A stretch of 64,000 nucleotides of DNA, from positions 21,130,767 to 21,194,766 of the forward strand of contig OZ037766.1 in NCBI GenBank assembly GCA_964035545.1, given 5' to 3'. A model generated the notes under the pieces. That model saw nothing but the letters and a program-made list of their open reading frames with translations, made no database searches and was not told the origin of the DNA. The stretch is from Bugula neritina (lineage: Eukaryota > Animalia > Bryozoa). The position numbers and the translations under genes were made by a program. Shown here piece after piece: positions 26,551-43,170 of this stretch (its first letter is position 1; each line of letters starts with the position of its first letter).

Positions 26551-28542
26551 TTAAGAAAGCTGAGAACTGTTTACATTGGTAAAGTTCCCAATAGCCATTA
26601 CAGGGTCTATGGTTTGATCCATTATTATGTAGTAAGTCACCATCAGACCAACAAGCTAGGTGGCGGAAAATAAAAATGAAAGCATGTTATATATAATTAT
26701 AATTCCATGTAAAATATTTAATAGGTCTACCTGATAAAGTTTTATTTATTACCTGCATATGTTATATAGCAAAATATAATGACAGCTCATATATACCATC
26801 ATTGGGTATAACTAATGTAGGCGTAATCAATGAATTATTAATCTTGCATATAGTTGTAGGTGAACTGTTAAAAGAGTGTTAATAAAATGTCGTGCATCTA
26901 TGATCTGTGGCTGTTCTAAATTTTAAAAAGTTGGTGTATAGGTTTAATGCTCCATTTAAATTCAATGTTTATGCTTTTACAATATAAAATGTCAGTTTTA
27001 TCAATTAATGCTAGTTTTTCCTTAACTATTCAGTTAAATTTATAAAATAGCATGATTAATAACTTATGCATGCACCTGTGTTGAAATATCGCGCTTTGAT
27101 AAAACTAAAAATAAGGTATAGTTACTGTTGGATTACTATTGAAATGCTGATGACATAATCTGTTGTCTAAACAATTGCACAGTGGTTGTTGTTAAACTAA
27201 CATCGAAAAAACTACAAATGTAGGCACATGAAACTATTAGTTGCAATATTTATACTCACTGTCAGTCCCAACTCTTTATTAACTGCTACTAATCCCATTG
27301 CAGAAAAACCTTGTGCCTCACTTGCTTGCCTCATAAACAATTGCATCTAAAAGATGAAGTGTGCAAAAAGTCTTAACATTTACATGCTTTATTTTTATAT
27401 TTCAAATTCTGACTTCATTGCTAAAGCATTATACAGAGTGTGTGATCGCTATAACCTGATATTGCTGATCAATGTTGACATCCAATCCTGGCGTATACAA
27501 GTTCATCAGAGCTCTATGACAGTTTTTTGTCTAAAATAAAATTACATTTATAATGTTTTTTATTCTCATTTAATTCATTTTTGCACTTTTGCTGATGATT
27601 TCAGATAATGATTTATAGACTCACAGAGTCGGCCATCCTGTCGCATATAAATATTATCAGCATCATCAGTCCTACCCGGGTCACTGTAAACAGCGTGTAT
27701 AAAAACCACACTGCTGCTGTCAACTCCACCAGCTTAAGATAGGAGACTGTGTAAATCATCATCAGCACTGCTATAGTGCTACACAGAAACAATATTCCCA
27801 ACAGCAGTCTCATGTGATGGTTAGCACTTTCAATGACTTTACATAACTGTAAGTGCAGACTTCGATATGTATGCAAATTTTCCAAAACTTGTTTACAAGA
27901 ATTTTCCGCATCTTCTTCAAGCTTTTCATTAAACTTCGAGACAAGAACCCAGAGGGTATAAGCTGTGTAACTGATGTAACCAGAAATGAATACCCAGTGA
28001 AAGTTGGGAAGGTTAGACAATATAAAAAACCACACTCTAGATGACTGTTTGTAATATGCAGCTAACATGGGGTCTTTTAAAGATGTATCTATTACATCAT
28101 ATACTGCTGCTGCTGATGGCACGATTCCAAAAATCCAGCATAGTATCACAAAAACACTCCTTTTTACTTTAAAACTCTTTGAACTAGGCAGAATATTAAA
28201 GTGTATTCCTTGTAGCATAGTAGTGTATTTGCCAAGTTCATTGTGATATTTCCTTATCCCATTTTGCCAATGACAATAAAACAAAAGAATAACATTACAG
28301 AGAGCAGTTTCAACCAGCCACATCAAAGTACTAATTAGAGAAATCTTTTGTATTAGACCATTATCAGCTGGCCAGCTTTCCACAAACATAATCAGCACAA
28401 TAATCGGAACACAACAAATAAGCAAATGATAAGCAGACGATAAATATCGAAGCCATGTCCTTTGGATCTTGCTGGCTGGTCCAGAAAACACTCCGATCAC
28501 CATTAAACTGTATAACATTACTTTATCTATTGCTGTCTCCAT
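26551..28542 (-). CDS. Gustatory receptor-like (GRL, 7tm_7 chemoreceptor superfamily), paralog 1
   Basis: Exons 28542-27625, 27530-27456, 27346-27260, 26655-26551; multi-TM protein; three C-terminal phase-0 introns; GFSAMGLVAVNK and terminal TYYIIMDQ matching the GR TYhhhhhQ signature. Confidence 0.85.
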
Positions 28543-29484
28543 CTTGCTCTCTGTTGTCCAAAGGTATATCAAATTGTAAGCTTTTTAATGTTCTATATTC
28601 GGTGTTATCTGTTGTTATTAATGCATAAATATTGATCTTCTTTAGCGCACATCCTGTCCATCTCATAAAAATTGATTTTGAAATAAGGTAGCTAATCACT
28701 GAAATTTTTCATGTTATTGTATGATAATAAAGTACTTATATGGGCTGTTGCCATGCGTGATTATGCCACAATTTGTGGTTACCAAGGCTACAAACAAATA
28801 TCAATTCAATGTCTGTAATCATTCCAATCATCCACTGTTTTAGTGTAAAGAGACATTCTTATTGAATTATTATCTATAAAGCATAAGTGTTGGGCTAAAA
28901 AAAACAAAATTTTGAATTTGCATGTGCATAGAATTAATCTGCATATCATAACTCTATTGATTTATTTAAATTATCATAACATTGCTGAAGTTTTATTATG
29001 CTACAACATTTTAAGTTTCACAAATTTTATGGATTTTGTTTCATTTTACTCTTAATCAGTATGCTGATATTAGTTTAATCATAATATTGTCTGTTGACAT
29101 TGAATCTACAGTATACAATTACTATAACTCTTATTGAATAACACTTACACATGAAATTCTGTAAACAGCATTTTCCTGCTTGGCTCCAACCATTAAGTTC
29201 AATATGTTTAGATTTATATGAATATATTATATTGTGTTGTTACAAACAACAATTAATAACACTTGGAAAGATCACTGGTAAAATGCTCAATTGAGTTTCA
29301 TAAATATGAATGTACTATTAAAATAGACTCAAGACAACAAAATAATGCTTGCTTATTGCATGCATGCAGGGAAAGTATAGTTACAAAAGTTAATACAAGT
29401 GTTACTATATAAAAACTTATTTATAAAATCAATATACTTGTGAGAAGGTTTTTTAAAGTCAGCTAAGGAATTAAATTCACATGA

Positions 29485-29595
29485 GGCACAGGTGCAATTA
29501 TATGACTGGATGCTCTTCCCTGGTGCCTGGACTTAAACCGCTGGCATTGTGTATACTAAACCAGCACTCTAACCTCTACACCACAGCTGCTTCCC
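29485..29595 (-). mobile_element. tRNA-derived SINE fragment, same family as 24755-24880
   Basis: Shares gcacag..gcaatta..tatgactggatgctct and ..cRgctgct end with the other copy. Confidence 0.5.
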
Positions 29596-29734
29596 ACATA
29601 AGTGTTATTTTATAAATAAGTAGTGTAAATATAAAATATAAAAGAAAGTTAATAGCAATAAGCACAAATCACAACCAGAGTTCTGCACGTATTTAGTGCT
29701 TCTCAGGGCTCAATTTTTGGTATGTTTAAGTCAC

Positions 29735-33881
<4,147 letters not shown>

Positions 33882-36016
33882 ACTCTTTACTTCCTCTAAA
33901 CTCTTACAATAAGAGGCCAACCTAAATACATAATCATAATGGCCCAGGTTAATATTTTTGCTAACTAGTCAAAATATTCTTGGGCATGTTCCTTATTATA
34001 CATGGCTAATATGCTGTATACAGCCTATTTCGAAAAAACTATCATAAGTCTATAATCAGTTAATGCCCAAAATATCCTTAATTTTGAAGTTTTAATGCAA
34101 TGTTGATTAAAGATCGACCATCTATTTATACTTTTCATGCATGTGTTGAACACACTCGCAAAAGTTCAGCCCAAAGTTTGCAAACCCTTATATGCTTAAT
34201 CCAAGTGTGAGACTAGTTGTAAATAGCAACTATCAAAATATCAACAGCATATACATGCAGAGCAATTTAATTTTCAATTGAACATAAGCACTAAAGTTGC
34301 ATACTATAAAGCATCATAATATTTCACCACTTATAAAATAAATTTGATTCAGTTAAGAACATTGCTGCATATGCATATGTGCAGATGTCAATATAGTATG
34401 TATTATGAGAATTATCAACGCAGTTATCAGCTGTGCATGGTTTATAAATGCTAAAGATTGTTGCCAATAGAATGAAACAAAAAACTAAATGTGTTTAGCC
34501 TTACATAGATAAAATTGAGTCATAATAAAAATGTATAAAAAATGTACACAAATAGAAATATCTTATTGCTTACCAACAAATTTAGAGCCAAACAGCTTTT
34601 TCATATATATTATGTACTTACTCGTTTTACTTGGTAGTTATAATATACTGTAAACTTCAGTTTTTTCACAGCAATAATTTTCAATAAACTGAATACTCAA
34701 TATACTTTGTTGGTATTCCAAACTTCTTACGAATAATATTGACTTAACTGAGCGAAACAACATATAACTTATTCTGAATATGGGTTATTACTGCCAGCAG
34801 CAACCTATGTGACCAGATAAGTCAATAATACACATATTTTTGTTTTCATCCTGAGTGACTAAGCTTCCACGCAGATTATTTTTGCAAGTGGTCTTTAACA
34901 AAATTCAAGTGCTCATTTGAAGTAGAACATATTTTATAGAATTAAGCTTGTTGACTATTGTTATGTTTACCTGTTATATCAAAATTAACCTTTTCAATAT
35001 GATATTCAATATGTTAGCATATTGTGTTACAAGAGCAATATCCGCATCGTGTCACCAGGATATTATATGAGTGTCGGCAGCAAATAATATAGATTGCTGC
35101 ATAAAGGATATATGCTGTATTTTTAGTTTATATATAAACCATAATTTCATGGAGTTAGATTAACAAATACAGAAACTGTAAACTTTTGCTCCTTCCTTTT
35201 GTTCTCGTATTAAATTTTTATTCTAGGAGCAATCTATTATGCGCTTTAGTCTTTAGAGATATACATAATACACCAACAGCAATTTTAAACAATGTTGCAT
35301 GTTATTGATATTTGTATTATAACAGTATAATATCAGCTATATCATAGAGATTATTGTAGTTGATAAACTTGTATATGTAAATTTTAAAAGCTAGTATTAT
35401 GATTTATTTACCTACATATAAGGTTGTATATATGCAAGTGTTTACAATATTACATACACAGTTTACACATACTGAAATAAGCTATCGCCTATCGGCCCAT
35501 ATTTATAGAGTGATAAGCAAGAGCATTAAACACACCGACTCCAACATGTTGTTACTAATACACATGCATTGTAACATTGTAACTGAGACATTTCATAATG
35601 TTATATCTTATATAACTAGCTTGTGATCTAATCAGCTTACCTGAATTTGGGCTGTTATCTCTTCTATATTGTGTAATTTGACAACAATTAGTTGAGTGGT
35701 GACATTTATTACTCCAAGTAATTAATGATAGTTATATTCTACATGCCCACGCAGCTTTTTTATTGAATTGAAAATTGAAAATTTCTAAAGTAAGTTATAT
35801 TAATGTACTATGAAGATAGCTTTTCTTGCAAAACTCATTGACTTACTAGTATATTTATACAGTTGACTCCTGGAAGTAAAATTATATTTCAGAATTAAAC
35901 TCAATATAAACAGCTAACTTTGACAATTTTACTAATTAGTTCTTCATGAGCATACGTGAAAAGTTGCATATAGTCTAGAAGTAACCTCAAATTATCTTTC
36001 ACTGATACACTCCGAG

Positions 36017-38601
36017 GGGTGGCCACACAATTTTTTTAGAAATTGAGAGTTTTAAGAGTCATAATTAATCTGTGAAAACTCTAGACTGTTCTGTGCACCC
36101 AGTTAGCCACAAAAGCACTTCAAACTTTTAAAATGAATCAGGAGTTGTCTTCTCCTAACATTTTTGTGAGTCGGTTCAATATCTTAGAATTATTAGAGCT
36201 AATTTATTTTATATAAGTAAAATAATTTTGTTGATAATTATAAATACTTTTCTCACTTTTCTGTTATAAAAACTCTAACTTGTTCTGTCCACCCAGTTAG
36301 TTACAAAAGCGCTTTAAACTTTTACAGGAGTTGTCTCCCCACAACTTTGTCCAAATCCGTTGAGTATTATCTTGAAATAATTAAAGCTAGTTTATTATAT
36401 ATACAAGCAAAAACTCTTACAGATAATCATAGATGTGTTTTTCACTTCTCTGAGTTTAATTCTAGTGATTTTCTTGTGAAAACATCTAAAAAAAGTGGAC
36501 TATATGGACGAAAACAAGCAAAGGAATGGGGTTTTTAGTTATACGGCAAACAGTATTATTGATCAGCTATAAAAAAGTCAAATTATAAGTAAATATGTGT
36601 CCGATAATTATTTTCTTCACGATTTTTATCATAATAACTACTTTTACAAAAAAGTAATGAGAAGCATGAGCAGGTTGGTCTGGACTCTGGAAGATAATAT
36701 TTTAAATGTGTACGATTGAGCTTTGCCAATAAATTTATGCTGAACTATATACATAGGCAATTTGGTTTTTAAAACAATGCTATTGGTTAAAATGCATATT
36801 TTTATACTGTCTTAATATAATGACTCTAGAGTCAATTTAGCTCAGTTATAGTTACAGAAGAAATACCCTAAAGCTTTCCTATAATTTAAAATATATATGG
36901 TTATATTTAAGCCACCCATTAGGAAAATGATCTTGGGCTGCCTTATTCAAAGATCATAGGCATGCACTTTTTTCATGTGTGCCATTTGTCACAAAAACAA
37001 TAATTTCTTATTAGCAAATAGAACAAGCTGCGTTTGAGATTGGTGCATTTTTGTGTGAAGCATGAAGTAAAAATACTTTAAAGAATGAAGTTGTTATTAT
37101 AGTTGTTGCACACCAAAAAAAATTGCATTCAGCTAGAATTTTTCAAACATGGTGGAATTCCTAAAAAAACAGAACTCAAATACTTACAATTAGACCACAA
37201 GGAAGCAGGTACACAAACTTTGTTACATGCAAAATATCTTATGAACATCATAAGCCCAAGTGTAATAATCAAATCTCAAGACACTGATGTTTTCATCTTA
37301 AGTCTCGCTATTTGCAAAACATTTACTTTTTTGCCAATTATATTTTTTCACGGATGTGGTAATCATGGTGTCATCCCAAATAGAGGCTAGGCTAAATTTC
37401 TTACTTAGACACTCTTTATTTGTTTTGGTAAAATGTATTTTTATGTGAAATTTATTTGAATATTATTGAAATATATGTACGTATATTTAAATAAACTTGG
37501 ATCAGTTGCTTGTTATTTAGCACATAAATAAATTCCTTTGATCAGCATTAACTTATTAATTTTGTATATTTTATACATCTTGCATGTTATTTGAAAAGAT
37601 ATTTTGTTAATAAGTATTCATTAAAGATAGTGTCTATTATTAATGTATTACTACTTTTTGTCCCACACAAATTAGTAAAAATAATAACATATTATTCTAA
37701 ATAATTCATGTTAGCTATTATAGCTATTAGTATAGTAGCTATTTAGCAATCAATACAACAGTTATATAGGTAATAATAATATATATGGTAACAAAATAAA
37801 AATAGCGTCTATCTGGGAGGAAACCATAATCAATCATATAAGGTATTTGGATGTCAGCATTGCAGCAAATAAATCCAGACCACAGTTGTGTGCATCACTT
37901 ACTAGATTTCATGCTTTAACAGGTTGTGATTTGACTATAGTGCTTTTTATGGAAAAGGATAGCGCACAGCCTACTCTCTTTTGAGAAAATATTCAGAATG
38001 TATGGGAAGCTTTGAACATCTTAGGAAGTATTTCAAGCTGCCAGCCATTACAATTTGTCTGTAAACTTTATGGGCCAGGAAATTCAAATTTAGATGACGT
38101 CGGATACATTGCATTTTGTTCACCGCCTAAAATCACTCAATACAGTTTGCCTTCAACAAAAGATAAATTAAATTTGCACGTAAAAAGAACAAATTATCAG
38201 CAACTATTTGGAGAAGGGTGACAACACCCTATATTGATCATACAATTATTCTGCATGCTTATGCCATATGCAATATGTCGATTCATAGCAAACATATATG
38301 TTTATATAAACAACTTGGTTTTAATTTGAGATAGTGTCTTGCAGTCTTTAAATTCAGTATCAGCATAGAATTCTAGATAAGAGGCAATTATTTTTGGTAT
38401 TTTAGCAAATATTTTTCTTCAAGATAGCTTGGTAAAATTGGATACTATTTTGCACAATTTACATTTCTTTTTATCACCCATCCAAGATGTCGAATTGTTT
38501 TTTGCAATAACTTGAGTTTGAGTAGAGATAAAATTTTAGAGTTTGTAGATTCAGAATCAGCACAAAATTCTGATCTAGAAACAATTTTTTTTGAGTGGCC
38601 A
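36017..38601 (+). mobile_element. Degenerate Academ-like DNA transposon relic (XPG/PIN-type nuclease fragments); boundaries approximate
   Basis: Fragments HKEAGTQTLLHA..IKSQDTDVFIL (37103-37390), FHALTGCD (37907-37930), AFYGKG, LPSTKDKLNLHVKRTNYQ; inverted ggtggccac.ca at ~36017 and ~38601; ~200-bp-spaced direct repeats at 36075/36270. Confidence 0.6.
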
Positions 38602-39641
38602 CCTAGTAAAGCGTAATAAGCCAATTTTTTGCGCACTTTTTGGAAAGTTACTTTTAGACTGATAGTCTTGAGGATTAATTGGACTATCAAAGGTCATATA
38701 GAATTGTTACATATATTAGATGATACTACCAAACACAGCAGTGCTTGCTATAAATAATAACAAATATAGTACATTTAAAAAGTTACCGCTGATTGTGTTA
38801 TAATTTTTTCACTTATTTATTGTTACAAAATTCCATCAAGGAACACATGTAAAGTCATTATAAAGATTAGTTAACTTAACAACATTATGAATTCACGACT
38901 ACTATACATATTGTAATGCATATATAAATGAGCTGGCTGAAAAGTTATCAAAAACTAGATATAACTAATTGTTAGAACACACATAATTTCTGACACTCTC
39001 ATTTTGTATAGGGCTGCAACATAAAATTCAACTTTCAAAACTGTGAATTTATTTATTTTCCAACTAAGTCTTTTCCAAAAAACTTATTTGCATACTATTA
39101 TACATATATTTACAGGCATATAACTTTACTGATAGACTGCATCTTAGAAAGGTGTCACTTTTTGCATTAAAATCTTGTTGCACGGATGCCACAACAACTT
39201 TTAATTTTAGTTTTATGGGCATGCAAAGGATTTCTACCCACAAAAATTATAAATGTCGCCACTTGGCTTTGTATCCTAACAGAGGTAATAATAAAGTAAA
39301 GTATGTGTATTATAATTTTCAAAAGTAAGAATGGAATTACAAAAGATGTGTCAATCTTAATTACTAACTGGTTTGCATTTATTACAGCTCTTTCATTTAA
39401 AATGTTTTATTCTTAACAAAGAAGTATTTTACATATCACACTTTGAGCAATTATTTAAAAGCGGCATGAACGAGCTTGTAATATAAAAATCAATATTGTT
39501 GCACCTTGTAATATATACATGTAGTACTATTTGCATTTAACGGTAATTTGTATAAAAAATATTATAGGGTTACAACTTACAAGCAGTTATTCTTATTGCA
39601 AATTTCCATTAAGTTGCATTAAAATAGACCTGTGACAAATG

Positions 39642-41026
39642 TCATATAGGCAGCAATTCTGCCCTTGGTATATCCAGAACAACATCCATGTCTGGTGTAC
39701 ATTTTGTTTCATATTTAAACAGCTCTGGAAAAACCTGCAAACGTACATTTGTCTTTGGGTGAGCAAGGAGTTGCTTCACCTCTTGTCGCAATGATTCCAC
39801 ATTCAAGCTTAAACTCGCGATTTGCTCTTTGTGATAGTCTATTTCTGCCTGCATAACTTGATTTTGTTTAGCCATTTCTTTCAAACTCGGATGCATTTGA
39901 TTTAGCACTGAGTTTAGTGCTGATTCTTTGATACTAGTTTGCTCCTGATTACCTGAATAAAAGTGATAACAGTAAAAGTCTTTTAGCATCTGATTGCAAC
40001 ACACTATTCACATTAACACATCATCTCAAATAATAATGGTGACATAGTGCTAGAGTCTAGACTGGCTATAAGGAGTGAAAGATATATGCATTAATATTCG
40101 GGCAAAATTTAACAATATACAACATGACTTAAAGAAATATATGTAATCTTGTGAAGGTCATTTGGATTCAGAATGCATACTGCATGATTAACTTTTTCCA
40201 AATTGATCAAGAAAATGTATTACATAATATTAATCTAACATAGGTAGCTAAGTATACCTTCTCTAGAAAGTTTTTGAAGCTCATCATCAATTACTCGTTC
40301 TAAATCATAGTATTCATCATCATTGGCAAGCTCGACTTGGTCTATCTCAGTTAGTAGTTCTCCTATTCTTATTGCTTTTACAGGATATTCTTTATCTTTG
40401 TAATTGTTCAGAACATATACCTGATTTTGGCGCTCTTGCAGTTTAGTGTCTAAGACATCAACTTCGTTTTCCAAAAAACTAAGGTCTTTTTCTAACCTTT
40501 CTTCTAATATCTTCAATTGATCGCTTTCATATTTTAAAGTAGATGTAAAGTTATCGTTTAGATACGAAATGCCACCTCTGAATTTTTCATAGCGCCTCAT
40601 AAGAATTTTTACAGCTTCATGATTTGGTCTTTCCTCAGCAACTATTTCTTTTTTTAAAACTAAGTTGCTTTCAATTAGTTGTCTCTCTCTTTTTTTACAG
40701 TTTGCAATAGCAGATTTTGTAGACAATATCTGTAGCTCTAGTAATTGAGTTTTCTCCGTTTCATCATTTTCAGTAGTCGTTAGCTTAGCTAAATGTCTAT
40801 GTTTTAAATGAGTAGATTTATTGGTGAAACTAGTTTTATTAGTGACAAGTGGGCTGAAGGAGTTTTGTAAAGACCTTACTCTAGTTCCAGCTCCAGAGTT
40901 ATTAGTACTAGTAGCCGTCACCGTGTGAGCTAACTTTCTTTCCCATTGAGAGTAAAAATTTGGTTCAACAGTTGTTGGTTGTGTAGAATAACTTGTTTCA
41001 ACAACTTTTGCTTTGCCGGGTTCCAT
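39642..41026 (-). CDS. C20orf96: C20orf96 / DUF4618 family coiled-coil protein
   Basis: Exons 41026-40258 and 39952-39642 (phase 1); motifs YKDKEYPVKAIRI and C-terminal VFPELF..KCTPDMDVVLDIP recognised from the family. Confidence 0.8.
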
Positions 41027-41137
41027 AACGATAAAATTAGAAAATGTGCCCTACTTTTGTAAAATTTTGCAGAACAAGTTAGAGCCACAATTTTAATCTT
41101 GTTAGTCATTAAGTTAAACACGTATTCTCGTACTGAT

Positions 41138-41150
41138 GTTTCCTAGCAAC
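41138..41150. promoter_or_regulatory. RFX X-box-like motif in the C20orf96/YTHDC1 divergent promoter
   Basis: gtttcctagcaac resembles the RFX palindrome GTT.CC(n)RGYAAC; 112 bp upstream of the C20orf96 ATG. Confidence 0.6.
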
Positions 41151-41567
41151 AATTATGACAGTTTCCGCTAGTTATGAAAGTCATGAATGGAGTCGTTGTA
41201 AAAACCACAATGCGGGCCTTTTCTTCAGTTCCGGTTATAGCGGCAGCCATAATCATAACAAATTAAAATATTTATTTTGATATTATTGTTGTACTAATAG
41301 TTGGTCAGTATTGTTACTATTAGGAGTTATATTTTATAAATATCATTATTATGTTTGTAAGTGTGATGTTATTGTAGCAATTTTGGTAAAAAAGTCCAAT
41401 CTAGTTATACTTAATCTTATACAGTTACTGTTAGTGTTACTGTTATACTTATACTATAACTGTATAAGTATTAGTATAAGTGTAACAGTTATAGTTAAAC
41501 TTAAAGTTAATCAATAATTATAAATCATAATGTTATGAATTACAATTACAACTATTAGTATTGCTAT

Positions 41568-41712
41568 TACTCAATTTGCATTACTCAAATAGTATCAGTA
41601 TTACTTTTACTTAATTTGCATTACTCAAATAGTTTTACTATCAGTATTACTATTAGACTTAGTATTACTTTTACTCAATTTGCATTACTCAAATAGTATC
41701 AGTATTACTATT
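41568..41712. repeat. Three imperfect copies of a ~38-bp unit
   Basis: tactcaatttgcattactcaaatagtatcagtattact repeated. Confidence 0.75.
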
Positions 41713-43170
41713 ACCAAGTAGCTCAGAACTGTTACTGTAAGTCAATTAATATTGTTTAGAATGTTATTATTACTATTAGTATTAGTATTACTATTACAGA
41801 TTAGTATTAGCATTACTGTATAAGTAATCAGTGAATGTAATCAGTAATGATTACAATAAATATAAATATAATGCAAATTATGTAACACTAACTAATTGAC
41901 CAATTGGAATTTTCTAATTGGAATTGTTTTCCTAATTTTTGGCATACTGATAGTGATACTGATACTCGCATTCATAGTTATGGCCTACTTGTACTCACAT
42001 GTTTTAGTAATTTTAAAATGGTTTTTTCAATAATAAACAAAACAATTTTTACTTTATTTTTTTCATGAAACTATCTAGCTGTAAAAGAGCTGCTATAATT
42101 AAAGTGGTCACAATGGCTGTCAAAAGTAACTAGCTTTAACTTTCAAGTCATGATGATATAACTATAAGAATGATCACCGTGATCATGATCATCACTTGCT
42201 CACTTCGTCCTTTATTCGTAGCTGTAGAGCTTCAGTTAATGACATTAACTGCGAGAGTTTCAGAAATAGATTAATTATTATAGTCATTGCAATAGAAATA
42301 TTTGATAAAATTATGGTTCTCAGTGATAATCATGATGACATTGATACATCATTATACCAGTGCTGACTAGAGTAGATTACTTGAAATTTATTTACTTGAC
42401 TCGCCTCGATTACCTACTTGACTCAACTTGAATTGAAAAAAGTTCAATTGACTTGCTGCAAGTCAAGTGCCTAATTTATAGCAAACTCTGAGGTGAATGT
42501 TGGAAACCTAATTATTTAGTACTGTTTAGGGAAATTATATCGATAAATTTTAATTTCAAAGCTGTTAAACTCAGTTAAAGTGGTGTGACAGCTGTTGCAA
42601 TTTATTAATTCGTAATTAAAGTAGTTATTTTTAATATGTAGATTTTTATAATTTTTTTCGAAATGGCTACACATAAAGCTGCAAATTTATCCCTTTTATT
42701 AAAACTGCTAAATGTGTTTGGTTTTGATCTCAATTGAAAGATTCAATTTTGGTTAACACCAAATTCAAATTGATACTCTCAGTCTGATTTTAATGTTGGA
42801 TAGGTCAATATATGCTCAGTTTTTTCAGTTACACTGCTCGAGTTGCTAGTTTAATTTAATGTTTAACCCTTGCTAAGATGCAATTTTAATATAACTAATA
42901 ATGTTTAAAAAAAGGACATCAACATATACATATATTGTAATTTACAACACAAAGTAATGCTACTATGCACATCAAGGTTTCAATACTTGAGAAAGTTTGA
43001 GCACTATAGTTTTTTTTCTGCAAAAAATGTGTCTTGGGTGAAATGTTTTTAGTTGTACAAAGAGTTTCAAGCAGATGAATTCAGACATTTCATCATTTTT
43101 TGTCTTTGTTTTTAGTTGGTTTCAACTGAAGTCCGCTTTAGTGACAGTTGGAATTAATATTGTATACCTG

